Assembly (NCBI GenBank): GCA_976226885.1
Contig: OZ320315.1
Coordinates: 67,704,001 to 67,768,000, forward strand
Source: Iphione sp. A-MEVVRFRX5
Lineage: Eukaryota
Direction of reading: 5' to 3'
Length of the DNA: 64,000 nt
Below the pieces are notes generated by a model. That model had not been told where the DNA came from and did no database searches. It was given only the letters and a program-made list of their open reading frames with translations. The translations under genes and the position numbers were made by a program. Below, in pieces: positions 1 to 13,263 of the stretch. Numbering within the stretch: the first letter of the stretch is position 1; every line of letters starts with the position of its first letter.

Positions 1-1681
1 TCGTTATTTGTATACACAATAACATTCTGTAAAACAATGGTAGTGGGAAAAAGGTGTCCAATTCATTCCTTAAATAAAACATTCAATTAAGTTTTTTTTT
101 GCAACAGTGCCTAGCAACAAATTGGACACAACGGCTTTTTCCAAGCATGCAATAAATAAATACCCCCAAAGAACCTACTTAAAACCATTCTTCATGTATT
201 AAAGCAACCACTACAGTGTGTGGATAACAACAATTCCAATCCCGACGCAATATCTCTGAGGACGGGAAGTGATGTTTGAAAGTAAAACTTTGCAGGATGG
301 GGGCACTATACGGAAGGATACTTTCTTTTCATTACCAGATGTTTTAAAATTCAAAGGGTGTCTTTTGGAAAATGCACCCTTCAATGGCTCCGTCGCCAAT
401 TAGTGGAACATGGTCAACTTCTAGACGTCTTTCCCTACATGATTTGAGTAACTTTTTAACCATTACATTAGCTCACTTGTAGTTTATACATAGCCCTCCT
501 AAATTTTGGCACTTGATTTCGTAAAGGATCAGAAGCAGAGGCCAAGATGACTCAATTTTGCCCTTAAGGATCTTCACAGCATACAGGTTTACACTGGTAA
601 ATTTACAATATGCCTTTCCGAAATATGGCTTATTTCATCCAGTGCTCGTTTGCCAAATTCATAGTGAAATACTCAAGTATTTCAAAACGCATATCCTTTT
701 AATAGAATGTCAGCGGTAAATCATTGTTGGATACACATGTTGATAGGAAGCCTCAACCATTCTGATTAATTACTCATACTACAGTAAAAAAAGATGGATC
801 TGCAGGTACATTTCAATAGGTACTGTAGGCTAACAATCCGGGGCAGGGCATTCATCTCCTTAAACAAACTTACGAAAATGGTGAAAGGGACACGTCTGAC
901 GGACCTGAGTCAATTATGGTCGCCTTTAAAAGTGTTCACACTTAAGGTCACATGGGCGGAAATGCCCGGGGCGAATTGCCAAGGCAAGATAGAGCAAACT
1001 AAAATGAGAATGGGCCCTTGGAATACCCAAACCAAAGCAGATGACAGTTTTGAGGAAAGATTGTTTTTTTACATAAATGCCCAACGTTTCGACACAAGCA
1101 GACAATCCTTATTCGGGGTCAAATAATGTACCACCGTCTTTGCATGTATTATACATTTGTCTCTGTTCTTTGTAATTTTCCCCTTATTCCATGAAAACCT
1201 TTGTAAATCAAAGATTGCAATAAAATCATATCCTCTTCTATTCTATATGATAGCATAGGCTGCTATCAGAATAGTGGTGGGGTATCAGAATGATTGTATG
1301 GTATTTATATACTTTTAACTGAAGTTCGTCAACAATTCTGGATTCAGGGCTGGGAAACCTGTTTCATTTTGCAAAAAAAGTGCAACACAGACATTAACAA
1401 TTCCGACAGCAGACCTTCGCTGCTCATTGATTTAATGTTGAATATTTTTTTGCAGCATCGATGTTAGAAAATGCAATAACTTCTCTCTTGGCGCACACCT
1501 AAGATTACGGAATTCGTCTTGAATGAAAGGATGGGTTATCTTGGTCCCTGAGGCTACATACTGAGGCTTATCTTCTCATCCAGGTACGCATTAGCCTATT
1601 AAGTAAAGCCATGGAAGTCAGGACGGACTCTCTTTGCCCTTTGTTCGGATACATATCAATTAGTATAAATACAAAAATAAC

Positions 1682-1819
1682 TCGATTTGGGAATAAAATT
1701 TAAGATGAATTGGTGATATGCTCAAATACAGGTTGGTCATATTATCGAAGCTTTCGTCAAAAATATACCATTGTTGACTCAGTGTAAATGTATTTCACTG
1801 TAATAAATTCTCTGTTTTG
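1682..1819 (+). repeat. 138-bp direct repeat, copy 1
   Basis: tcgatttgggaataaaatttaag...taataaattctctgttttg recurs at 2557-2694 with 3 substitutions by eye. Confidence 0.95.
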
Positions 1820-1822
1820 GGT

Positions 1823-2170
1823 GGGGAGTTAGCTCAGTGGTAGAGCACTGGTCCACTGACTGAGAGGTCGTAGGTTCAATCCCGGGCCTGGGACTCCTGA
1901 TCATGACCAGACAGATTTACTGTAGCCCCAACCCAGAGTGGTCCACAACTCATAAAAAGGCCGTGGGTGTATAGGATTCTGTCCCCTATGCACAAAAAGA
2001 CCCCAGAAACCTATTCGAAATAAGAGTAGGGGGCAACCCCGGGTATTCTGGTCTCTCAATTCTCAACAATAGATGGTAGTATGCTACCCCAGGAGGATAT
2101 GGAAGATCCCTGTCATATGATAGGTGAATATATTCCTGGTAAAAGATACAATGAAATGAAATGAAATTAA
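1823..2170 (+). mobile_element. tRNA-derived SINE (probably DeuSINE/Deu-domain type)
   Basis: tRNA-like head ggggagttagctcagtggtagagc with A box (TAGCTCAGTGG) and B box (GGTTCAATCCC). Body aaaagaccccagaaacctattcgaaataagagtagggggcaaccccgggtattctgg resembles, from memory, the Deu domain of AmnSINE1/BflSINE1. Ends in an (ATGAA)3 tail at 2151-2165. Confidence 0.85.
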
Positions 2171-2214
2171 ATTTGTAGGCACACATGACAACGGCCGCGA
2201 GAGACGAGCACAAT

Positions 2215-2228
2215 CCACTAGATGGCGC
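2215..2228 (+). promoter_or_regulatory. CTCF-consensus-like motif
   Basis: CCACTAGATGGCGC closely matches the CTCF core consensus; motif match only. Confidence 0.35.
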
Positions 2229-2556
2229 CACATTCTACTGTAGAAATCTGGTTTGTAGAGACCTCTCAGTTTTGGTTATTTTCTATTTCTGTGAGAGCAG
2301 CCCAAATAATGAAACAGCATCAATAACTTCATAGATATAATGTGATTATCGTCATTATGGTAACCATTCCAGTAACTATATATGAACTATCCATACATAA
2401 GTGCTTTTAACGTTTACGAGATGCCCATTCCACACCATCCCTTAACCCTTGTTTGAGATGGAATAGCATGGAATTGATTTTCAGAGAAGACACAGGGTGC
2501 CTGTGGAGAGAGGAGTACTCGGGTATTCTAGTCACCTTGGAAATATGAAGTGGAAA

Positions 2557-2694
2557 TCGATTTGGGAATAAAATTTAAGACGAATTGGTGATATGCTCAA
2601 ATACAGGTGGGTCATATTATCGAAGCTTTCGTCAAAAATATACCATTGTTGACTCAGTGTACATGTATTTCACTGTAATAAATTCTCTGTTTTG
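2557..2694 (+). repeat. 138-bp direct repeat, copy 2
   Basis: Near-identical to 1682-1819. Confidence 0.95.
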
Positions 2695-3950
2695 TCACAT
2701 AAAAATACGATGTATAAAATAACATTCGTTTTATAATGTATTCGGATATTCGTTTCCAAAACTGTCGGGAGGATGCTCTCGACCATTCCGTGATGACCAT
2801 TTCGCAAAATTGTCAACAAGGAATGTGTGAATGCACCTATAGACTATAGACAATCCTTTTTATTTCACAGTCCCTTGAATGCTTGTTATCGCGACGATAT
2901 GATACTCGTATATGCGTGCAGAAAGACATCCAGTCAGCCCCACACCCCCACCATCCAAACACAGTTTATAATTTAGCTATGTTAACTACATATATCGTAC
3001 AGTGAATGTGTAAATAAGATCAAAGTATTCCAATAATATGTGTAGACAAAGGAGGGTGATGCCACAATTATGGCACATCGGTGTACTTCTTTATAAATGT
3101 TCTTTAAAAGTTGCACGCTCAGTGAGGCTGGTTGTGTTACACATAATTTGAAGCATTGTTCACTTATACACGATATTGTTTAACAAAGCCTTTGAAAGAG
3201 ACTTACATGATTAAGCTAGGCAAAGGGTATATTCAGAAAGGAGTTTCCTTGAATATGGACAAGCACCTTCGGCACACACACACACTATCCTCCTCCTCCC
3301 CCAACCACAACCCCTTCTCCCCCAGTCAGAGGGAGGGGTCAAAGTACAGAGTGGCTAACAACCCTCAGTGCAGGAATTAGATATTCCTACTCAGCTCTGA
3401 AAATGTAGGGCCATGGTTTTTTGTATGTTTTCCTTTGTATTCACTTTTGTAACAGAAAATACATGCAGCTATAAGTAAATTTGAAAAGTATTTAACATAT
3501 GAAAGAATGGAAATTTTATCACTTGAAAACTGTCTCACACCCCTGAGAAGTCCTCCTTGTGGCTTTACTACTTTCATGCAACATTTTATATGGGTAGTGT
3601 AAAAATATTTCGCTACATTTATATCGGTCCCATTTGACAGTGAAAGTAATAGGGATTCAACAAAGTAAGCCCGGCTTTCCATGCGTCCGGAAGTTACCTG
3701 CGGAGCACGGTGTCCGTGCTCCTGAAAAAAACGAACTCACTGACTTTAACAGAGGGTCACCCATGTGCAGGTGCTCCGTCCTCCGTGCTCCGGGTCCGGA
3801 GGTGGAAAACGAACCTGGGCCTTAAATTTCTCCGGATTCCGGAGCACGGAGCACTGATACATGGGGTTAAACTCAGGCAATCACTAAAAGAACATTTCTA
3901 ACATATGTTAGATGATGTGAATTACTTTATAATTTGCATATCATTTGCCT

Positions 3951-4114
3951 AAAAACCTGCACAATTTCCACCGATATGCCTCAACCTCCACGAAAACCTG
4001 CACGATTTCCACCAATATGCCTCAACCTCTGCAAAAACCTGCACAATTTCCACTGATATGCCTCAACCTCCACAAAAACCTGCACAATTTCCACCAATAT
4101 GCCTCAACCTCCAC
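3951..4114 (+). repeat. 41-bp minisatellite, 4 copies, inside the MITE
   Basis: Unit aaaaacctgcacaatttccaccRatatgcctcaacctccac starting at 3951, 3992, 4033 and 4074. Confidence 0.95.
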
Positions 4115-4121
4115 ACAAAAA

Positions 4122-4200
4122 TCTCTCTCTCTCGGTCTCTCTCTTGTCTCTCCCTCTATCTCTCTCTGTCTTTGTGTGTCTCTCTCTCTGTCTCTCCCTC
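4122..4200. repeat. CT-rich simple repeat
   Basis: (CT)n/(CTCTGT)n low-complexity tract. Confidence 0.85.
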
Positions 4201-6140
4201 ACAGGTACATGCAAGCATGCACACATGGAAAGCACCTCTCCGGAGTTGCGGGAAACCAGGCAAAATTTCCGGATGGGCTCCGTGCTCCGGAGACGTTTTC
4301 CGTGTACATGGAACGCCGGCCTAAGGGACGGCTTGGTAAGTGTGTTCACGGCCTTTCGTCTGGATAATGAGGGGATCCGTAGAATGAGAACCAGTAATTG
4401 CATGAATGAATTTTGTGTCATAAAAACCTGCCTCTACTGTGACAAAGTCTGTATCATGAGGAACTGCACCATAATAGAGTGCTGAACACGTACATACGGA
4501 CATGTTAACTTTATTTGGAAACTGATTATCCTCTAATGGTGGTAGTGGTAGTAGCAGTAGTTTGTTCACGTTCTTAATGGTATTTCACAAAGAGTTCTTC
4601 CAGTGAACAGCAACAGGACAATGGGAGTGATAATAAAATAGCGTTGTATCAAAGAGCGTTGCTATTGCAACATGTAGAGTAATTGGTGCTGATCGACCAA
4701 CTGGCTGACGGAAGATTGTGCCCAGGCTAATAATGAGCGGTATGGCATAGCAACTGGTGCTGACTAACCTATGAAAAGTTGAGTTTTGCCATAGCATTAT
4801 CACGGATCTCATCCATGCTGAAACCTGTGGTTTTGTGTTATTGTGTTGCAAGTGTGACATGGCTGTGGAGTCAGCAACTGTTAAAATAGCATTTCATTGT
4901 GTAGTTTTAAGCAGCAAATAGTAGTGATCATGTGTTGTAAGGCGGACTACTATTTTCAATAACTAGAACATGCTACCTCTGCCTTGTAATTCCCATGCAA
5001 TGCACAGAATATAATGTAGGGCTGAGCGTTTGCATAGCCTGCCGCACTGGAGGTGACGTGTCTTCAGAGCGGCAATTGCGTGTGTGTTGTGATAAGAATT
5101 TGCTGCCTTCCAAGAATAGGGCTGATATGTCACCTATCTGAGGTTGTGTGGCACCTGATCTGTGTCTGGTATCAACCTGTATGTATGTATCTAATGTTGT
5201 CCTTATGTGTTCTGAATTCTAACACAGGGTTAATGCTTAGTTTGCTCTGATACCATTTATTTTGCCATTACTCATTTTGCTGTGTCCTTGTGTACCCTGC
5301 TATGTCTGCATGTATTTCTATAAGTATGGACTCTGGGCACCATAACTCTTTTACTTACGTTCCATGTGTGCTATTTGATTTTCACTGCATTTTACCTGTA
5401 TCTTTCATTACATTATATAGTTTTCCGTATCCTTCCTTATATACACTCAATGTTCCACCATGGTAATGGCTGTTTCCCCGAAAAGCTTTGTAACTGTATT
5501 ACAAAGATGATTAATAAAGATATTATTCTAATCAGTGAGATACCAAAACCTCAGAAGACCAGTTGGGGTAAGAGTTGTTTTATTTGGCGGTTCAAATCCC
5601 GACGTTTTGTCTTGTGGTTGACTTCTTCAAGGGAAAGATATATTCTATTCTATTCTAAATATAAGAAATGACAATTCATTTTAAGAAAGGGTATAATGTA
5701 TAAGGATGGCGATGTCTCAGTCAGATCCATCAGTATGCCACGTTTCTCAAAGCTTATTACTCCCTAACAGGCTCAGTTTCAGTTTCCCCGAACTTTAACG
5801 GCGCCTCCGCCTAGAGGCTGAACGAGGATTCCCCGAAACAAAATTTTAATGGCAAGGTATTCGCTTCCCTCGAAAAGTGTTTTTCTTTCAGTTCGAAGGC
5901 TAGCGTTCGGATCTCAGATGAAAATAGGTACGTTTGTGCGTAAAACTTTTGAGCCACGTAAAACAGCCAAGGATAGTTTCAACAGTCCTATGAGCTATTC
6001 TTTTTACAGATGAGAAGAAAAATACTTGCGTTTTAAGGTGCACTTTAAGTCTGCTGAACTTTCCGTCCTGTTATTGAAACCACTTAATGTATGGCGATTT
6101 TTGAAAGAAGCCCCTCTCCCTTTACCTGCCTTGATACGTA

Positions 6141-6185
6141 TCTCCCTCTCTCTGTCTCTGTCTCTGTCTCTGTCTCTCTGTCTCT

Positions 6186-6223
<38 letters not shown>

Positions 6224-6224
6224 C
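6141..6224. repeat. Compound microsatellite (CTCTGT)n-(CT)n-(CA)n
   Basis: Read directly from the sequence. Confidence 0.95.
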
Positions 6225-8606
6225 TATGACTACTAGGTGTGTTCTCCGTTCTCTCGTTCTTTCCTCTCTCTCCTCCTCTTTCTTTCTACTTCTCTCTTTT
6301 GACTACACCTACCTTGTATCCCCTCAGCCTGTTTTTCCCGTATCCCGATTCTCTCTATCCCCTCGACATTTACTATCTTCCTGTTAAATTGTAATATCAG
6401 GCCTGCAATTACGGAATTCGGGGGTTCACATATTGTCCCATAATATGGCCCTAGATGCCTGTAAGGTAGAATCAATAATTGCACAATAGAATAATGTTAA
6501 ATAGTACAGTCTATTTATTGCGGAGTTCCACGTCAACTAAAATAGAACCGCATCCCTTCCACTTTGGGGTTTAACTAGGGGCCTGGATATATCTGCCATT
6601 TTGATTTTTCATTCGACTTACTGCATTTGTGAGTTCCCATTGGTCATTGGGTTGTCCTTGCTTCAGTACCTAGTTGTTGTTTAAAGAATCAAAAACAGGA
6701 ATAGAAGACAGGGCAAACTGTTTGAGAATTGACGGGTAATGAAGACTGGTCTTCTTTTGATTTGACTATACAAAGGACGGTACTGTCAAATTTTATACTA
6801 TCTGTAACCTGTACCTTTTCTAAACCCTATAACTGAATTTCTTTTCGAAAATTAACAATTGTTCCCTAAATGTTTATGAAATGTAAGCATGAGATGTCAA
6901 GTAGGAATGGTACAGTTGACGTGCCAGACCAATCCATGTGTTCCTTTTCTATCAGCTTGTCTGGTAATCCCTCGTTCAACACATGTTTCCACCCCCATAC
7001 ACTTATATATATTGATGCCATACTAGATGTCGCTAGCGTCATAGAAATAGCTGGTCAACGGAAATGCCATCTACCGATTGCAGACCTCGGCGATAGAAAG
7101 GTTATCCTCTTGGTCTCAGCCTTGGAAATACATGTACACGTACCTGGATTTTTTTTCATATATTTTCTGTGTCATTGTTCTATGTGATTTAGAAATACGA
7201 AAATAGTACAGCAATCTCAGTTTTCGTGACAATATTTTAATATGTTCTTCTCATTTTCTTATGCCTTTAACGTGACTTACCTTTGATTTTCATTTGCTCT
7301 CCTCTTTCACTTCCCTTTCTCGGATTGGCCTGACTGATCGAATACCTTTAAATAAATCTTAAGACCTTGTATCTCAATAGCTTCGAAATGTAAAACGTTT
7401 AAATAAAATAGTCAAACATGTTGATACAAATGCGAAGATAAAAGCGGTAAGGAATCTTCAGTGCGAAGAGCCTGACAAACAAACGCGATGTGAATCATTT
7501 ATTGTCATCCTGTCATTGGCTTGTCTGCCTAAAACCTTTAAACGTTGGCGTGACTATTTTCCATCTAGTTCAATATTTACGTTGAATAAATAGAACGTTT
7601 CCGATTCTCCTAAAATTAGAAGGTATTGGCTACATGAGTTGAAAAGATCATCGTTGCAAATCGTGCCGAATTGACAAATCGACAGGTTATATACACTGAA
7701 GGTTAAATATAGTTGGCTCAGTGAAAGGTTTGAAAAATAAAATGAAAACAGTATCCAAAATGTTGTTATTGGAAGTTCAAGGTGTCAAATTATTCAGAGT
7801 TCCTAAAAGCAGGGCGTTAGCTCTTACTGAATTCTGCAAAAATACACTGCCCTCCCCGTCAAACCCCTAACTATTTCAATGAATGATGATGACATAAGAC
7901 TGAAGGGACATGGATCAATATAAGACCTGACCTTTTACCCGGACTACTGTTTTTGGTTTTACTTGTTACTTTTAAATCACTAGCGATAAATCCGGGCGGA
8001 TTAGACGGCAAAGTCATGGACCGTATATATGCATGAATCTCCTTTGTATTCTGCAAACCCGCACCTCGGCCCGTACGGGCGTGTTCGGCCAATTTGAATT
8101 GCAGACAAGGTTTTGTTCCGTCGCTCGCTGGCCTGCAGATAATTTGGCAATCTCACCTCTTACCACATCTCACTCACGCCAGTAAATTTATTCTTTGGTC
8201 ACGTTTGCTGAGCCTTTGTTTAAAAACGCTTTCCAGGCAAGAAGAGAAGGAATGAGTTTGTTATTATGAAAGAAGGGACGTCAACGAGCATTATCTGACT
8301 GGGAATGAAAGTGTTATGATGTATGTAAATATGTAAATAATAAAGATTATAATAGTCCAGAGAATTTATGCCTAATGTATCATACTTGTTACCTGAAATA
8401 AACAGTTATACAAAATTAATGTCCCTTTACCTTTAAGAAAACGAGTACAACGTCTAAAAGCCCCGGAAGGCATAAAAGAACCAAGGCTTTTCAAATAAAT
8501 TTACATTATAGATATGAATTTTACATTTACAGTAAAACCCCACTAAAGAGGACATGAGAGGGACTGAGCCCATACTGACCGAAGGAGGGGATATTCGCAG
8601 TAGCGG

Positions 8607-8762
8607 AACCGAAAATTGAGTAAACATATCGTAATAGTGGTAGAAATGTAGTAAGATAAACCGAAAATGGAATAAACATACAGGCCTAGTAATAGGTAGA
8701 AATGAACTAAAATAAACTGAAAATGCAGTAAACATAATTTATAGTAATAGGCAGAAATGAAG
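8607..8762 (+). repeat. Degenerate ~54-bp tandem repeat, about 3 copies
   Basis: Recurring aacYgaaaat...taaacata...gtaataggYagaaatg units. Confidence 0.6.
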
Positions 8763-11700
8763 TCACTGTCGCCCTAGTCCTAAAGATTTCTCCTAGCCAA
8801 TCCCTGACACCTCCCTCAGGTGTTGGCAGATCTAGGGAGGTGTCCATCACTGTCGTCCTGGTTCTTCAAACTTCTATGTTGTTCCTGGCACTGTCCTGAG
8901 GTGCTCGTAGCATCTAAGGAGGAGCCCAGCATTTGTTCATGATTTTAGACCAGTGGAGTGGAAAATCGGTGACTGTAGCACGACAATCAGCCACTTGAGC
9001 ATGAAAACGTGGTGGCCACTTCGTATTGTTCACCGTGGACACTGTAAAATCAGTGTTTAGGTCTGTAAAATGGCTGTCTACAAGTGGATGTAAGCTGTAA
9101 GTGAGTGTCTGCAGTGGTCGGCAGGCTTTAAACATGATATATAGAGTTTTTGTACCATTCTGAGTGATTTCTGTACATTGTACGAGGTCTGCGTAGTAGC
9201 CGGGAGGGTTTCTACTGTACAGAGAATACATACTGAAACCCTAATCAAAGATACGTTATGACTGGAAAAAAGCATAACTTTACTTTCTGCTGATAGGTGG
9301 AAATCTTTCGTCTCTCCAAGATTCAGGAATGGATTCAGGAATGAAAGTCAATCAATAAAAAAAGGATCTATTGTTTTTGGTTTTTATTACCTTTAGAAAT
9401 GACATTTCTTAATGCTCATGAACATAGATGGCTCTTCCATAAAAATATAATACGTGATCATAGGCACTTTCTGTGATGACAACCTCATCCACCGTATATC
9501 AACCATTGGTAACACGTGTCCTACTCATCCCTTTCACGCATTCGCTGTGATACAAAAAATATATGTAACTTAAACATATCCATCGATTGTATATACAATC
9601 CATACGCATGTCTAGCTTTGTTCTAGAAGAATCGGCTGTCGATAAACCGTTAAAAATCATAAAGGAAATGGGACTGCTACCACAAAGAAAAATAAAAACA
9701 AATAAAAGACAGTGCTATATAGGTCCTTTATCTGGTCATTATTCCTCGGGCGGCATTTCCGTCTACCTGACCTATCCAAAGCAAATTTATAGCCTTTTAA
9801 GATAAATGTAAGTTTGAATCCCGGTTGACAGTACATACCAATAATAGCCCTTACACATTCTATTCTGAAAAAGGTAAACAGCTAAGTATGTACAACAATA
9901 GGCTTCGAAAAAAGCAGATAAGATATAAATTACACAATTCGTGCTCCCATAACAATTAGGGCATAAAATGTAGCGTATCACGAATTATTCTTGTGATAGC
10001 TTCTTTGAAATAGTAAAACATGAAAATTCCCCTTTACAAGTCAGCAAATCTCATCGTTAGAAACATTCACAAGGTCATTCCGAACTACGGCACATGAGAT
10101 TAAAGGTACTTGAAATAGAAGAGGCCGTTTTTGATCCAAATGCTCATGAAAATGTGAGAGAATGTGAGTCGTGCCAAATAATACAATGGAAAGCGCTAAT
10201 AACGTCATGATTTCTGCCTGTCTTTCTGAAAAGAACAGTGAAGAGCGTGGTACTGCGGCAAGAGAAAGGAGGCGTTAATGAAGCCATTATGACATACTTT
10301 TTCCGGATGTTTTGCTCAAAGACAAATAATGCCTAACTAATGCCGAAAGTCCTGTTCGTACCGAGTCTGATCAACAGAAGCTAGCTGCTTTACAACTCCA
10401 CGGAAGGCTTACGGTTTGTTCAAAACAACTTTAAGTTTATAACAGCTATCTTCATGGATACTAGCAGCACGTATGAAAGAGCCATTAATTGGATGTGGAC
10501 GAGAGAGGTCTGAAGTTGCATTCAAGATTTCTATACAGATCCCTCCATGGAAAAATCAAAGCCCTTTGTACACACTGCAAATACATTTACACGCACATCC
10601 TGCACTAAAATTACCTTAAGTTAAACAACATGTCAATTCAAATCCTGTGACTTCAATGCGTCAGTATCTGTAAAAACACCGCCACACAACATTGGAGTGA
10701 CACACGTAGGTCGTAACAAGGTACCGCTTCACCGGGCAGTCTCTCGACCGCGGGCAGCGAGGCCTGATGCCAGCGAGAAGGCCCCTTGCACAGCACGATT
10801 ACAGGGCATCCTCGTGGATGATTTCTTTTTACAAACGTGGAATGTATAAAACTGTCCGACAGGGAAGTGGACAACGATGCGTGAACGTCGCTCTGTCGGT
10901 GTGCGCGGTGGGCACGCCGTGAACGAACGCGTGAATCACATTTTGGTGTGATGGTGCTAGTCACAACGGTCATTTAAGACTGTCACGATATGACAAGAGG
11001 AAACCAGCATCAGGCGGTGAGGGCGTCTTAGTTTTATCATAGCTTTCTTTATATCCCAACTCGCTTTAGCGTAGAACTGTGAGCACCATGTCCCAGTCTT
11101 CCAACCGGAAGACAACTCGCCGCTATACCATAGACACGAGTACAGTGCACTGTACACGGGCAACAATGAAAACACTTGCCGTATTCCATCCTGTTTGCTG
11201 CACCAATGCCTCCCTGTCCACTGACATGAAAACACCACCGGTGCCTGTCTATTACATACACCGTCCGAATCACAAAAAGAACCACCACCGCCGTCTGGAA
11301 CGATTCAGTCCCCGCCTTCATCTGTTCCCTAACAACATCTATATAGCAGCAGACGACTTTGGAACAACGCCGTACCGGATCCTTCAACAAATCTTAACCC
11401 TCTCCTTCCTTCAGACGTTCCTGAGCCCAAGTATTAAGGCTTTTTGAACCTCTATGATTGATTAATGTAGACGGATGAAAGACATCCCGTCAGATACAAC
11501 ATTTTCTCCATGGTAGCACATGCATGACAATGATTTGCATTATGGGTGTCCCTTTGGTGATAGTTACGAAAGAAATATAGCATTCGCACTGGATTAAAAT
11601 AAATGTACATTCTAATCTTTATACATATATTAAATGTTCTGTTTTCTTTTAATTTGTAAGCACCGTACGAAATTAGCGGAATAATTTGGAACGGTATGAG

Positions 11701-12156
11701 GGCCGATAGCATTGTTGATGGCGCCTTTGGAGGCGACAAGCAGGCCAATGTGTGTGACATTAATGTGGATTGATCAGCACGGAGCCTTGTGGAGCAGCTT
11801 ATCTATACTGAGCCGTATACGTGTCCAATCAAATAAGGGTGGTACGTTTGGTGTTCATTCAAATGTTCACCGTTTATTGTACGTAGAGGACACTAGCTTG
11901 CCACATGTGCATGTGACACGTCCACAGTCCAAGTACACGAATCATGTGTACACACATACGCTATAGACCCTCCAGTTTCAATGATGTCTTAAGTCCTCCA
12001 CCCTGTGGACGGCCGTCGTCCCGTACGCGCACAGGCCGCAGCTCCTGCTCGCCATCGGGAAGAATTCAACCCACTGCGTTGAGGACGCCGTCGATTTGAG
12101 CGCAGTCAAGTCGTGGCAACAAGGGTAGTAGAGTCAGCTGGTCAGCGGCCGCGGTA

Positions 12157-12905
12157 TCATTGGTGAAGGACTTGGTGCTGTAAGGACTCGTCGTAGGTGG
12201 GCGGCGCGCACGCCGCCGTCGAACAGGACGGGCAGGCCGGGCCGCGGACGCCATTCACGTTGATGTGTACACCGCCGAAGTGGTGGTGTCCGTTGGTGGC
12301 GGAATTGGTGGCGCCCCCTTCAGCATTGCCCTCCACCACGTGCTCTGTGTAGCTTGGTGCTATTGGCCCCACTGGACCGCAGGGCGCGCTCTCCTGCCGG
12401 ATGTAACCGCAGCCTCCTCCACTAGGGGCTCCCGCGGAGCAGGGCACCTTGGCGCTAGTGTCGCCATCCTGTGGGCCAGCACCGTACACGGCTGGCGGTG
12501 CGCTGACCACGCTGGCTTGCCGGCTGTAGCCGTCCTTGCCCTGCTCAGGGAAACCGTTGGCAGAAGGGGTAGAGACCGGCGGGTCCTGTGGGTTGGTGAG
12601 ACTGTGTGGCTGGTGGGGATGATGACGGTGGTGGTGCGGGTGGTGATGAGGAAGGTGGTGCGGGTGGTGCAGACAGTGACCAGGGGCAAATGCCTCATCT
12701 GCTGAGTCATCCAGGGGTGGCGCTGAAGGCATGAGCCGCGCTCCTTCCGTTGAGGCGTGCGAGTCGAGAGGGCGCTTGGAGCCGTCGACGAGTAAGGCCA
12801 CCGGCAGACTGTTGAGGGGCTCGTTCTCGGAGAGCCCCGAGTGAGAGTTGCGGAACTGGAGAGAACCCGGGGTGTCGGACAAGCCAACGCCATGCTTCTT
12901 TTTCT
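12157..12905 (-). CDS. Shisa-like membrane protein, last coding exon (cytoplasmic Pro/His-rich tail with PPxY)
   Basis: Acceptor cttgttattccacag|AG; its phase joins in frame to the exon at 13264-13478 (..WSP-E-KKKHGVGLSDTPG..). Open to TGA at 12157-12159. Contains a His tract (HHPHHLPHHHPHHHRHHPH) and PPTY plus APSY/PPAVY motifs; GC-rich coding-like composition. Confidence 0.85.
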
Positions 12906-13263
12906 CTGTGGAATAACAAGGGCATTTTGGCTTACATAAAGTGCATTCACGTAGTATAGGCAGAGAAATATAGATTGCACTGAAGCATTAGACGCTGAAT
13001 AGTTTCATACCAAACACATAGTCGTGCCTGTAATGGCATGGAAATCGCATTAGAATAAATGACTGAAAGTATACCAATGGTTCCTAAATGCAACGATATT
13101 CATCCATTTATTCAGTAATGTTGTGATTACAAGATCAGTTGACTATGGAAGGTGGTGGTGCGGAGTGTGAAGTTAGTCCGTGAGGACCTGCCTGTCTTTA
13201 CCCAACATGAGATCAAAGCAACTGTTGGCGGTCTGAGCATGTGATACAGGAAGACCTGCTCAC

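Larger units (their letters stand above)
3669..4321. mobile_element. Non-autonomous PIF/Harbinger-type DNA transposon (MITE)
   Basis: Terminal inverted repeats GCCCGGCTTTCCATG and reverse complement GGCCGGCGTTCCATG (13/15 match). Flanking TAA duplication at 3666-3668 and 4322-4324. Repeated subterminal GGAGCACGG/CCGTGCTCC motifs at both ends; no transposase. Confidence 0.8.

Noticed and set aside
1823-1893. Functional tRNA gene
   Set aside because: Has A/B boxes, but the acceptor and anticodon stems do not pair properly, and it continues into a SINE body and tail.
3951-4114. CRISPR array
   Set aside because: Units are head-to-tail with no unique spacers, there are no cas genes, and the context is eukaryotic.
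3945-6387. ORFs of 67-140 aa overlapping the minisatellite and CT/CA microsatellites
   Set aside because: They are translations of simple repeats (SLSL, ERER, VSVS).
10653-11447. Cluster of overlapping 93-122 aa ORFs
   Set aside because: No recognisable domain or consistent splice structure; may lie in or just beyond the 3' UTR of the Shisa-like gene.
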